In this document: one piece after another, positions 1 through 8,202 of the stretch | Layout: each line of letters begins with the position of its first letter | Position numbering within the stretch: position 1 is the stretch's first letter | Assembly (NCBI GenBank): GCA_949282135.1 | Contig: CASDOR010000007.1 | Location: 779-64,778, forward strand | Reading direction: 5' to 3' | Source of the DNA: an uncultured Christensenella sp. | Lineage (GTDB): Bacteria; Bacillota; Clostridia; Christensenellales; UBA1242 | Length of the DNA stretch: 64,000 nucleotides | Translations under genes and position numbers: made by a program | The notes under the pieces: model-generated | Told to the model about the DNA's origin: nothing | Databases searched by the model: none | Seen by the model: only the letters and a program-made list of their open reading frames with translations

Positions 1-150
1 GATGCCTGTGTTTATGCAATTTCATTACAACTTTTTGATAACCAAATTTACCCTAATATTTTAATAAATTACACAGCAACAACAAATGATTATGAAAGCG
101 TAAAGTTTATGCTTACTCATCAATTTGGGAAAATTGATGAAATGAAATAA
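1..150 (+). CDS. 3' end of an unidentified CDS entering from the left edge
   Basis: Frame 1 is open from base 1 to TAA at 148-150 (ends ...HQFGKIDEMK). A GC stem plus T-run follows at 193-220. Too short to name. Confidence 0.35.
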   Translation, partial: DACVYAISLQLFDNQIYPNILINYTATTNDYESVKFMLTHQFGKIDEMK

Positions 151-192
151 AGTGTGTTTTTATGGATACGCACGCTTTCCGCCACAGGATTT

Positions 193-220
193 GCAAGCCT
201 TGCGGCTTGCATTTTTGTTT
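193..220 (+). terminator. Rho-independent terminator of the left-edge CDS
   Basis: gcaagcc-ttgc-ggcttgc (7-bp GC-rich stem) followed by atttttgttt. Confidence 0.6.
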
Positions 221-741
221 ACAACAAAAAACGAACCTGCGGATCTGTTTAATGTAATAGGGCTCCTAAAAAACAATGGTTTTTTGGGATAAACGAGAAA
301 ATTTAGTAGTAGACAAGGTGAGTTTGTAAACATCAAACTCATAGTCGCCACACTAAATTTTCGAGTGGGCTCAGGAGTGTATAGCCCATCTAGCAGGTTT
401 GAGGTTTATTTTAAACCTCTGCACCGAATCCTGTGTCTTCCGCCAACGAGAAAAAATTGAGAACAACTTATGAAGAGATTGCTTTGCAAGCTCTTCTTTT
501 TATTATCTCAATTTTTTCTCCCCACCGCCCCACAAAAATGCATTTTTGTGGCCCCCCTATTTGACTTGCAAGACAAAACCTTTTTTTAAACGCAAATTTT
601 ATGTTTTACTACTTACTTAAAATTTAAGTATATTAACAAAAAACTTGTTTTTTAAAGCTTCTCGTTGCCTTTAACTCGCTTTTCTCACCAACCCCATAGA
701 AGCATTTTCTACAAAGCCCCTACATATAAAGAATTTGAATT

Positions 742-775
742 AAAAAAAGAAGGAGACTGGTTTTATGTAGTCTCC
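742..775 (-). terminator. Rho-independent terminator downstream of rnr
   Basis: On the minus strand ggagact-(10 nt)-agtctcc is followed by ttcttttttt. It lies 38 nt after the rnr stop. Confidence 0.65.
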
Positions 776-812
776 GCTAAAATTATTCAAATTTATTGTG
801 CATTTACTTATT

Positions 813-2912
813 TTAACTTTTTATTACCTCAAAATTAATTTTCCTTTCAAGAGGAATGGCGTCTATCATTTTGACCCTTACCTTTTCGCCTATGCGGTAA
901 TAATTTCTCTTCCCCTTTAGCATTAATTTTTCTTCGTCATATTCGTAAAAGTCATCAGTGAGACTTGAAACAGGCACTAGTCCCTCGCAAGTATTGTCAA
1001 GCTCAACATAAAAGCCCTTATTTGTAACTCCACTTATAATCCCATCAAATTCACTTCCACTAAACTCTAACATATACTCACACTTTTTGTAGTCGGTTAT
1101 TGCCCTTTCGACCTCTTCTGCCGTGCGTTCCTGAACACTTGACTTATCGCTAGCTTTTATCACAAAGCCTGCCATTTCTTTTGATTTTATAAAACTTAGA
1201 TTGCCATGAAGATACTCTTTAATAATCCTATGAATAGTAAGGTCTGGATACCTCCTAATTGGTGACGTAAAATGTGAATAAAATTCAAGTGCCATGCCAA
1301 AATGTCCTAGACATTTATTAAGATATTTTGCCTTTTTTAGACTTCTAAGCATCACCATATTGACAACACCTTTTGAGTCCTTATCTTGTGCCTCTTCTAG
1401 CACCCCTTGTAAATCTTTTGGCTCAATTTGCTTTTTTGGGCTTACAGGAATTTTTAGCCCCAAAGTGTCAATAAAGTTAAAAAAAGTCTTAATTTTTTCG
1501 CTGTCAGGTTTTTCATGCACACGATAAACAAAAGGAATCTTAAGCTTATCAAAAGTACGAGCAATAGTCTCATTTGTCACCACCATAAAGGTTTCAATAA
1601 GCTTAGTCGACTTAGTCGCTTTTCTAACCTCAATTTCCTTTGCCTTTCCGTTTTCGTCTAAAAGGACTTCCCCTTCAGGAATTTCAAAATTAAGTGCCCC
1701 AAACTTATTTCTTCTATTCTCAAGTATAGTTGACAACTCATGCATGTCTAGTATCATATCTTTAATGTCAGCAAGTCTAGCTTGAGTGTCAGTATTCCCT
1801 TCAATTACCTCTAAAACCTCGTCATAGTTTAGCCTATGCTGACTTCTAATTATACTTTCAAAAATCTTACTATCAAGGACTTCGCCTGTCTTATCTATTT
1901 TCATTTCAACACTTAGTGCCAGCCTATCTACCTTTTCATTTAGCGAGCAAATTCCGTTTGAAAGCTCACGAGGAAGCATAGGAATAACTCTGTCAAGAAA
2001 ATATATACTTGTCCCTCGCTCGTATGCCTCTTTGTCAATTATTGAATTAAGTCGCACATACTCGCCAACGTCCGCAATGTGTACTCCAAGAATAAAACTT
2101 CCGTCCGCACATTTTTTCAAACTCACCGCATCGTCAAGGTCTTTTGCGTCTTTGCCGTCAATAGTAAAAATCATTTCATTTGTTAGGTCGACTCTATCTT
2201 TAAACTTTGACTTGTCAATAGTTTGAGGTATTTTTTTAGCCTCACTCATGACACTTAAAGGAAAATCCTCTCTTACCTTATACTTTCTTAAAAAGTACTT
2301 AATGTCATTACCTTTTTTGTCTAAGCTTCCAATTACTTCAACAACTTGTCCAATTGGACACCCTGCCTTGTAAGACTTTATGTCAATAACGACCTTATCG
2401 TCCTCTTTTGCCCCTAGAAAGTCCTCTTTGTTTATGCGAACTTGCACTCTCTTTTTGTCAAGGTCCACAAGTCCGTAATTATTAAAATCATGAAATGTAC
2501 CAAGCAGTCCGTCATTGTCGCGAGCTATAATCTTAATTATCTTTCCTTCTCGCTTTTTGTCCTTGTGTGCTTTGCCTATAATCTTAACAAGTACCTCGTC
2601 CCCATCAAAAACACCGTTAAAGTTTTTGCGACTTATATAAATGTCACCATTATCATTTAGAACAAAGCCAAAACTAGGATTTGAATAAGAAAATTTACCT
2701 TTAACAAACCCAACAATCCTTATGCCAGCAAACTTATTTTTGCTAACTTCTACAACGTCTCCACTGTCAATTAAGTCTAAAATAACACTTCTTACCTCAT
2801 CTGCATCTTCTTTTAAAAATCGAGACAAAATAACAGCAAGGTTATCTAACCCCCTATGAGACACAAACCGCGAATTTAAAACCTCTAAAACCTTCTCTTT
2901 TAACTCTTCCAT
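813..2912 (-). CDS. rnr: Ribonuclease R (RNB-family 3'-5' exoribonuclease with C-terminal S1 domain)
   Basis: 699 aa. Has the RNB catalytic region (FTIDGKDAKDLDDAVS) and HFTSPIRRYPDL. The C-terminal S1 fold is FDGIISGVTNKGFYVELD. Confidence 0.95.
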   Translation of the reverse strand: MEELKEKVLEVLNSRFVSHRGLDNLAVILSRFLKEDADEVRSVILDLIDSGDVVEVSKNKFAGIRIVGFVKGKFSYSNPSFGFVLNDNGDIYISRKNFNGVFDGDEVLVKIIGKAHKDKKREGKIIKIIARDNDGLLGTFHDFNNYGLVDLDKKRVQVRINKEDFLGAKEDDKVVIDIKSYKAGCPIGQVVEVIGSLDKKGNDIKYFLRKYKVREDFPLSVMSEAKKIPQTIDKSKFKDRVDLTNEMIFTIDGKDAKDLDDAVSLKKCADGSFILGVHIADVGEYVRLNSIIDKEAYERGTSIYFLDRVIPMLPRELSNGICSLNEKVDRLALSVEMKIDKTGEVLDSKIFESIIRSQHRLNYDEVLEVIEGNTDTQARLADIKDMILDMHELSTILENRRNKFGALNFEIPEGEVLLDENGKAKEIEVRKATKSTKLIETFMVVTNETIARTFDKLKIPFVYRVHEKPDSEKIKTFFNFIDTLGLKIPVSPKKQIEPKDLQGVLEEAQDKDSKGVVNMVMLRSLKKAKYLNKCLGHFGMALEFYSHFTSPIRRYPDLTIHRIIKEYLHGNLSFIKSKEMAGFVIKASDKSSVQERTAEEVERAITDYKKCEYMLEFSGSEFDGIISGVTNKGFYVELDNTCEGLVPVSSLTDDFYEYDEEKLMLKGKRNYYRIGEKVRVKMIDAIPLERKINFEVIKS

Positions 2913-2920
2913 ACAAATAT

Positions 2921-2949
2921 ATGATATATTTTTTTTATTTTCCTGTCAA
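2921..2949 (-). promoter_or_regulatory. Sigma-A type promoter placed for a leaderless rnr mRNA
   Basis: Minus strand reads TTGACA (2949-2944), a 17-nt spacer, then TATCAT (2926-2921). Only 8 nt separate the -10 from the rnr ATG, and there is no Shine-Dalgarno. Confidence 0.55.
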
Positions 2950-3170
2950 ATTATTAATTACTATAGTCTATTTTTGACATTTTAATAGGTGTAAAAATTG
3001 CGCGTCACACATCTAGTTATAAAGTTTTTTTACTAATTACTAAAAAACAAAGTTGTCAAGTGTACTTGCTAACTTGTGAAGCTCATACCTATTTTTTTAC
3101 TAATTACTAAAAATTAAAGTTATAGCAAAAAAAATTGCTTTTAGTATTACAATATGCTTTGACGTTTAAC

Positions 3171-3274
3171 GCGCGGGAGGGCAAAATTTTTATGAAATAA
3201 AAATTTTACAAAAGGGGAGGCACGTCAGTGCCTCCCCTTTTTTGGTCGCATTCCCATGCGACCCCCTCCCGGGC
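3171..3274. repeat. Nested-hairpin intergenic element, A-type, copy 3
   Basis: Outer stem gcgcgggaggg / ccctcccgggc encloses three parts: the A/T palindrome aaaattttta-tgaaa-taaaaatttt, the hairpin ggggaggcac-gtca-gtgcctcccc (followed by T6), and the hairpin ggtcgca-ttccca-tgcgacc. Confidence 0.8.
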
Positions 3275-3401
3275 ACCCTTCCCCTACACCTAATTTAAAA
3301 GCAAATAAGACTCTTTTCCTAATCCATTATTAACTGCCAACTGTTGTTGTTTTAATCTTATCCTTTTCTTTACCTTCAAACCTAAAAATAAATAAAATAT
3401 T

Positions 3402-4346
3402 TCATTTGTATTCAAATTCTAATTCGGTTTTTCGTTCATAAATTTCGCCGAAAACTCCGCCTTCCATACTCTTTAAAGAGCCCTTACGTGCATAACAATA
3501 ATTGCAATTATGACGACAGGTATCATATCTACCAATATCAACAGCAGGCATACAACCACAATGTTTTCGTTGCCCATCAATTTTATTGTTCTTTCGAGTT
3601 ACTTTTATATTTTGTGACTTAAACTTTTCCGTCAGCAAATTTTCAAAAATTTTACCATCAATACACTTGCTAGGCATAATTCCAAGACTTAGGTAATCTC
3701 CACTTTCAGCACATGTCTCAAGTTGAATATCGTTTTCCTTTGCTATTTTAACAAAACTAGACAGAATATCATATCTTTGTGTTGAACTTGGTGCCCACAC
3801 AGATTTTGAACAGCCTTTATAGCTTTCTATAACAAAACTAACCTTACAATTATTTGTGTAGCCTTTTAACTTTTCACAAAGTTTTTTAAATTCGTTTATA
3901 TGCCAGTTAATATCAATTTCTCGAGACAACAATATTGGGTCGTATCTCCAAATAACAGGACAAAGTTTTGAGAGTTCTTTAAACGTGTTAATCCTCTCCT
4001 CTAAACTCGGTAGTCCTCCTTCTATACTTTTTGGATAAGCATTAAGAGTATAAAGAAAATAATATTTAATACCAAGACTATCTAAATATTTAAGCTTGTC
4101 CATAATTAACTTAGGATTTTTTGACCAAAAAACAATACCTTCAATATTTCCTTGTGTTTTAACAACCTTTTCGCCAAGTAAGTTCGTTTGAAGATTTAGA
4201 ATTCTGAGTGGCTTAAGTTCTATTCTTGCCACCTTATGTTGATTTATTGGATTTGGAACCAAAACAAAACCTTGTCTTAGTTGTCTAAAAAACCAATCAC
4301 TATAAAAAGCCGGAATATCACTTCTCCTTGAAACACTTAAAATCAT
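3402..4346 (-). CDS. DUF1848 family protein (Cys-rich C-terminus)
   Basis: 314 aa. N-terminus MILSVSRRSDIPAFYSDWF and C-terminal HCGCMPAVDIGRYDTCRHNCNYCYA match my memory of DUF1848. Confidence 0.75.
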   Translation of the reverse strand: MILSVSRRSDIPAFYSDWFFRQLRQGFVLVPNPINQHKVARIELKPLRILNLQTNLLGEKVVKTQGNIEGIVFWSKNPKLIMDKLKYLDSLGIKYYFLYTLNAYPKSIEGGLPSLEERINTFKELSKLCPVIWRYDPILLSREIDINWHINEFKKLCEKLKGYTNNCKVSFVIESYKGCSKSVWAPSSTQRYDILSSFVKIAKENDIQLETCAESGDYLSLGIMPSKCIDGKIFENLLTEKFKSQNIKVTRKNNKIDGQRKHCGCMPAVDIGRYDTCRHNCNYCYARKGSLKSMEGGVFGEIYERKTELEFEYK

Positions 4347-4490
4347 AATTTCTCCAAATAATATTAGTACTTTGTTCCTATAACTATTATACCTCTTCCT
4401 TCCAAAATATCAAAGAATTTAAATTTTACAACTCTAACTTATTATGCTTCAAGTTTTCCTGCCACTTTTTTTAATTTTCATAGCATAAAT

Positions 4491-4518
4491 AAAAAAAACA
4501 CCTTAGAAAATTAAGGTG
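4491..4518 (-). terminator. Rho-independent terminator downstream of secG
   Basis: Minus strand reads cacctta-attttc-taaggtg followed by T8. Confidence 0.6.
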
Positions 4519-4530
4519 CTCTAAAAACAA

Positions 4531-4830
4531 TTAATCCCAAATGTTACCGCCATAGATTTTAGCTAGAACAACAAAAGCAATGACAAGTACTGCAATTATG
4601 CAACTTAAAATAATGGTTGCTCTTTTGAGTCTTACGTCTCTATTAAGCCCCATATTTTTAGCATAGTACGTGTCTTTTATGCCAGTAATAGAATTTGTCG
4701 TAGTCCCATCTCCCTCACTTTGTTGCATTAATATTACAACAATAAGTGCAAGACAGCAAACTAAAATGAGAATTAGTAAAATAAATTTTATAATTGGAAA
4801 TGAATTAGCAACCCAGTTTGGAACTCCCAT
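4531..4830 (-). CDS. secG: Preprotein translocase subunit SecG-like membrane protein
   Basis: 99 aa with two TM helices. LALIVVILMQQSEGDG and LKRATIILSCIIAVLVIAF align with the SecG pattern (LLQ-S-K-G ... LHRIT-VLA). It sits upstream of rnr as in Bacillus. Confidence 0.65.
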   Translation of the reverse strand: MGVPNWVANSFPIIKFILLILILVCCLALIVVILMQQSEGDGTTTNSITGIKDTYYAKNMGLNRDVRLKRATIILSCIIAVLVIAFVVLAKIYGGNIWD

Positions 4831-4893
4831 AACTTAACTCCTTAAAAAAATCTTGTATCATATTATCATAAGTAATAAAAAAAATCAAACACT

Positions 4894-5097
4894 TTAATAC
4901 ATTAATAAAAACAACCCAAAACTCGTCATAGTGCCAGCAAGATACTTAAGACTTTTTACTGGATTATCTTCCTTATCTTTTAGCATCTTATTCATAAAGT
5001 AAATGACAAAAATAACACTGATTGTAATTATACTCGACCTTGCATCATAGAAAAAATGACTTTGTAAATAAGATAAAATAATGTTTATTGTTTCCAT
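4894..5097 (-). CDS. Small hypothetical membrane protein
   Basis: 67 aa with two hydrophobic segments. An aggaag SD lies 6 nt upstream of the ATG. Confidence 0.4.
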   Translation of the reverse strand: METINIILSYLQSHFFYDARSSIITISVIFVIYFMNKMLKDKEDNPVKSLKYLAGTMTSFGLFLLMY

Positions 5098-5159
5098 GTT
5101 TTCTTCCTTTAGGTTTAAAAATTATTTTTTTTAGTTTAAACCGGTGTCTTTCGCTAAAA

Positions 5160-5259
5160 CGCACGGAAGTGAAAATTTTTATGCAATAAAAATTTTAAAA
5201 AAACTTCGTTTTTTTGTGGGGGCGGAGGCTTTTCCTCCGCCCCCACTCACTTCCGTGCG
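5160..5259. repeat. Nested-hairpin intergenic element, A-type, copy 1
   Basis: A 12-bp outer stem (cgcacggaagtg / cacttccgtgcg) encloses the A/T palindrome 5172-5196 and a 13-bp GC hairpin 5216-5246. Bases 5154-5220 are identical to 7987-8053. Confidence 0.9.
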
Positions 5260-5376
5260 CCTTTTTCTCACCTGCACCTTTTTTTTAAAAAACTAAAGAC
5301 TTTTCTTCCCCACACACGCATTTTTTTCGCCTATCAATACTTAAACCTTTACAAACATAGTATACTACAAACAATT

Positions 5377-6189
5377 TTACTTTTCAATAGTCTTTTTTTT
5401 GGAAACTTTTTTTGTCCCTTTTTCGCTCGTCCCTTTTTCATTAAACTCGCTTACAATTTTGTAAAACTTTTCTTCGTCAAGTGAGGCTCCTCCGACTAAA
5501 ACGCCATCAATACCTTTTATGCTCTTAATTTCCTTGACGTTTTTCTCGTTTATACTACCGCCGTAAACTACTTTGACCTTGCTTGCAATCTTTTCATCAT
5601 AAAGATTAGTTAAAAGCATACGAATGGTCTTAATTGCCCCCTCAATCTCTTCTTTTGTAGCAACAACCCCTGTACCAATCGCCCAAACAGGTTCGTAAGC
5701 AATGACAATGTGACTAAGTTCATTTGCGTAAATAGAATTTAAACACTCAGTAATCTGTCTTTGTAAAACTTGAGTGGTCAAGTTGTTCTTTTTATCAAAA
5801 AGTGTCTCTCCAACGCACAAAACACTTATAAGTCCACTTCTAAGCCCTTTCATAATCTTTTTATTGATAATTACGTCAGTTTCCTTAAAGTGATTTCTCC
5901 TCTCGCTATGTCCAACAAGTACTGCACTTGCTCCAACAGAACAAAGCATTTCTGCATTAATCTCGCCGGTAAACGCACCAAAATCATTTTCGTTTAGGTT
6001 TTGCCCTGCAATTAGAATGTTGGAATTTTTAACCATTAGACTTGCAGTTTTAATTGAGACAAAAGGCACACTTAGAATAATTTCAGTGTTAAAATCCTTG
6101 ACTTTTTCCTTAAACTTTTCAATGTAACTTACTACCTCTTCGTCTGTTTTGTTCATTTTAAAATTTGCAATGACGTATTTTTTTGACAT
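5377..6189 (-). CDS. tpiA: Triosephosphate isomerase, with a Lys-rich C-terminal tail
   Basis: 270 aa containing ANFKMNKT, GHSERR and AYEPVWAIGTG. An extra tail reads EKGTSEKGTKKVSKKKTIEK. Confidence 0.95.
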   Translation of the reverse strand: MSKKYVIANFKMNKTDEEVVSYIEKFKEKVKDFNTEIILSVPFVSIKTASLMVKNSNILIAGQNLNENDFGAFTGEINAEMLCSVGASAVLVGHSERRNHFKETDVIINKKIMKGLRSGLISVLCVGETLFDKKNNLTTQVLQRQITECLNSIYANELSHIVIAYEPVWAIGTGVVATKEEIEGAIKTIRMLLTNLYDEKIASKVKVVYGGSINEKNVKEIKSIKGIDGVLVGGASLDEEKFYKIVSEFNEKGTSEKGTKKVSKKKTIEK

Positions 6190-6216
6190 TTCTTTCTCCT
6201 CTTTTTTATAAAAATT

Positions 6217-7737
6217 CTATTTTACAATTAAACTTTTCCCTGTCATTTCTTTTGGAATGTCTATGTCCATCATTTCAAGCAAGGTTGGTGCAATGTCAGC
6301 GAGTGTCCCCTCTTCTCTTAAACTCCTCGCATTTGTTCCAAAAACAATTACTGGCACAAGTGCTGTTGTGTGAGAAGTGTTTCTCTCTCCATTTTCATCC
6401 ACCATAATGTCAGCATTTCCATGATCAGCAGTGATAATCCCTTGTCCGCCTTTCTTTAAAACTGCCTCAGTTACTTTGTGTACGCACTCATCTACAACTT
6501 CAACCGCACGCTTTGTTGCCTCCTTGTCTCCAGAATGCCCCACCATATCACAGTTTGCAAAGTTTATAGCAATAAAGTCATAATTATCTAAAACTTCTAG
6601 TGCCTTATCAGCAATTTCCCTTGCTGACATTTGAGGAAAAGGTGCATAACTCACCATTTTTTCAGAATTTATAAGTATTCTATCTTCATTTTTAAAAGTG
6701 TCTTGCCTGCCAGCATTAAAAAAGAATGTTAAGTGTGCATATTTTTCAGTCTCAGCAATCTTTACTTGCTTAATGCCATTATTACTTAAAACCTCAGACA
6801 AAATATTAGTCATTTCAGTTGTCTTATATGCCACGTGAACCTTTTTGAAATGCTCATCATACTCAGTCATAGTAACAAAATATAACTTTAAATCTTCTAC
6901 AAAATCTAGCTTGTTATCTTCTACCATAACATATGCCAGTTGCCTTTCCCTGTCCGCCCTAAAGTTGTAAGATATAACTCCGTCACCTTCTTCTATTAGA
7001 GAAATGGGCTTATTATTACTCATTAAAACTATAGGTTTTATAAACTCGTCAGTTTCGTTTAAACTGTATGCACAGTGAGTTGCCTCTTTGTAACTGCTAA
7101 ACTTTCTTCCTTCACCTTTCACCCAAAGGTTGTAACTAAGTTTATTTCTGTCCCAGTTTTTATCTCTATCAAGTGCGTAAAATCGCCCAACAATGCTAGC
7201 AATACTTCCAACACCAATTTTTTTAGTGTAGTTACTTACTTCATCTAAATATTTAATAATGCTTTTTGGACTCGTGTCTCTTCCGTCTCCAATAAAATGA
7301 ATGTACACTTCATAAAAATTTTTCATTTTACATAGATCTAGAAGAGCAAAAAGGTGACTAATGTGCGAATGAATACCTCCATCACTTGGGAGTCCTATAA
7401 GATGAAGTTTTTTGTGATTTGTTTTGCAGTAGTCTATAACCTTATTCAGCTCCTCATTTTTAAAAAACTCACCGCTTTCAATCTCTCTATTTATTCTAAC
7501 AAGGGGTTGAAAACTTACTCTTCCACTGCCTATTGTCATGTGCCCCACTTCACTAGTACCTGCTTGATGAGGAGGAAGCCCCACATATTCCTCGCTTGCA
7601 CGAATTTTTGTATGTGGAAATTTACTCATGTAATGCTCTAAGTTTTTTGTGTTCTCTTTTAGTATTGCACTCCTTTTTAAATCTTCTGGAATGCCAAATC
7701 CGTCCATTATTATTAGTGCAGTCTTTTTATTGTTCAT
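6217..7737 (-). CDS. gpmI: 2,3-bisphosphoglycerate-independent phosphoglycerate mutase
   Basis: 506 aa containing ALIIMDGFG, TSEVGHMTIGSGR, DGGIHSH and ITADHGNA. Confidence 0.95.
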   Translation of the reverse strand: MNNKKTALIIMDGFGIPEDLKRSAILKENTKNLEHYMSKFPHTKIRASEEYVGLPPHQAGTSEVGHMTIGSGRVSFQPLVRINREIESGEFFKNEELNKVIDYCKTNHKKLHLIGLPSDGGIHSHISHLFALLDLCKMKNFYEVYIHFIGDGRDTSPKSIIKYLDEVSNYTKKIGVGSIASIVGRFYALDRDKNWDRNKLSYNLWVKGEGRKFSSYKEATHCAYSLNETDEFIKPIVLMSNNKPISLIEEGDGVISYNFRADRERQLAYVMVEDNKLDFVEDLKLYFVTMTEYDEHFKKVHVAYKTTEMTNILSEVLSNNGIKQVKIAETEKYAHLTFFFNAGRQDTFKNEDRILINSEKMVSYAPFPQMSAREIADKALEVLDNYDFIAINFANCDMVGHSGDKEATKRAVEVVDECVHKVTEAVLKKGGQGIITADHGNADIMVDENGERNTSHTTALVPVIVFGTNARSLREEGTLADIAPTLLEMMDIDIPKEMTGKSLIVK

Positions 7738-7992
7738 TTTTAGTTTTTATGTTCCTCTTTTATTTCTTTTAAGTTTATGATTTTTATAGGTCTAATTAAG
7801 TCTCTATAGCCTTTGATTGTTGTAATAAAATAAAGAAAAGTTGTCAAACAAAATTGTAGTTTGGTTTAAAATTCATTTAAGATTAATTTAATTTTAAGCT
7901 TTTATTCCACGTTTTTTTCTTATAACAATTTTTTTAATTAGTCTCATTCCTCTATCTATTTTAAGGTATAAAAACTGGTGTACGACCTAAAA

Positions 7993-8085
7993 CGCACGGA
8001 AGTGAAAATTTTTATGCAATAAAAATTTTAAAAAAACTTCGTTTTTTTGTGGGTGGGGGCTCCCCCACCCACGCACTTCCGTGCT
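7993..8085. repeat. Nested-hairpin intergenic element, A-type, copy 2
   Basis: Same 11-bp outer stem and A/T palindrome as copy 1. The inner GC hairpin has a different sequence (gtgggtggggg / cccccacccac) but is still perfectly paired. Confidence 0.9.
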
Positions 8086-8202
8086 CCTTTTTCTACCTCG
8101 TTCTAGTCTTTATTCTTGTTTCTTTATTTCTTTCCTCGTTTCCTTGTTTTTTGCAACCTAGTTTTTGTACCTTGTCTTTTTATTTTTACCTTAAACCTAT
8201 TT

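Noticed and set aside
160-351. 63-aa minus-strand ORF in the rnr-downstream spacer
   Set aside because: It has no SD, and its sequence is dictated by hairpins and by the plus-strand terminator. It does not resemble SmpB or any other protein.
160-560. tmRNA (ssrA) downstream of rnr, expected from Bacillus-type synteny
   Set aside because: On neither strand could I find the GGGG... 5' end pairing with a ...CCACCA 3' end, a GGTTCGA-type T-arm, or a tag reading frame ending in a hydrophobic A-A stop. The ggattcgg word at about 423-430 (minus strand) is only a weak resemblance. This is left as an unknown structured region pending a covariance-model scan.
5160-5259. Small peptide encoded inside the A-type element (aaggag/aaggcg followed by GTG on the minus strand)
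   Set aside because: The 5160 and 7993 copies differ by an indel in the GC hairpin. This shifts the frame, giving unrelated peptides and different stops. Conservation is at the level of pairing, not coding.
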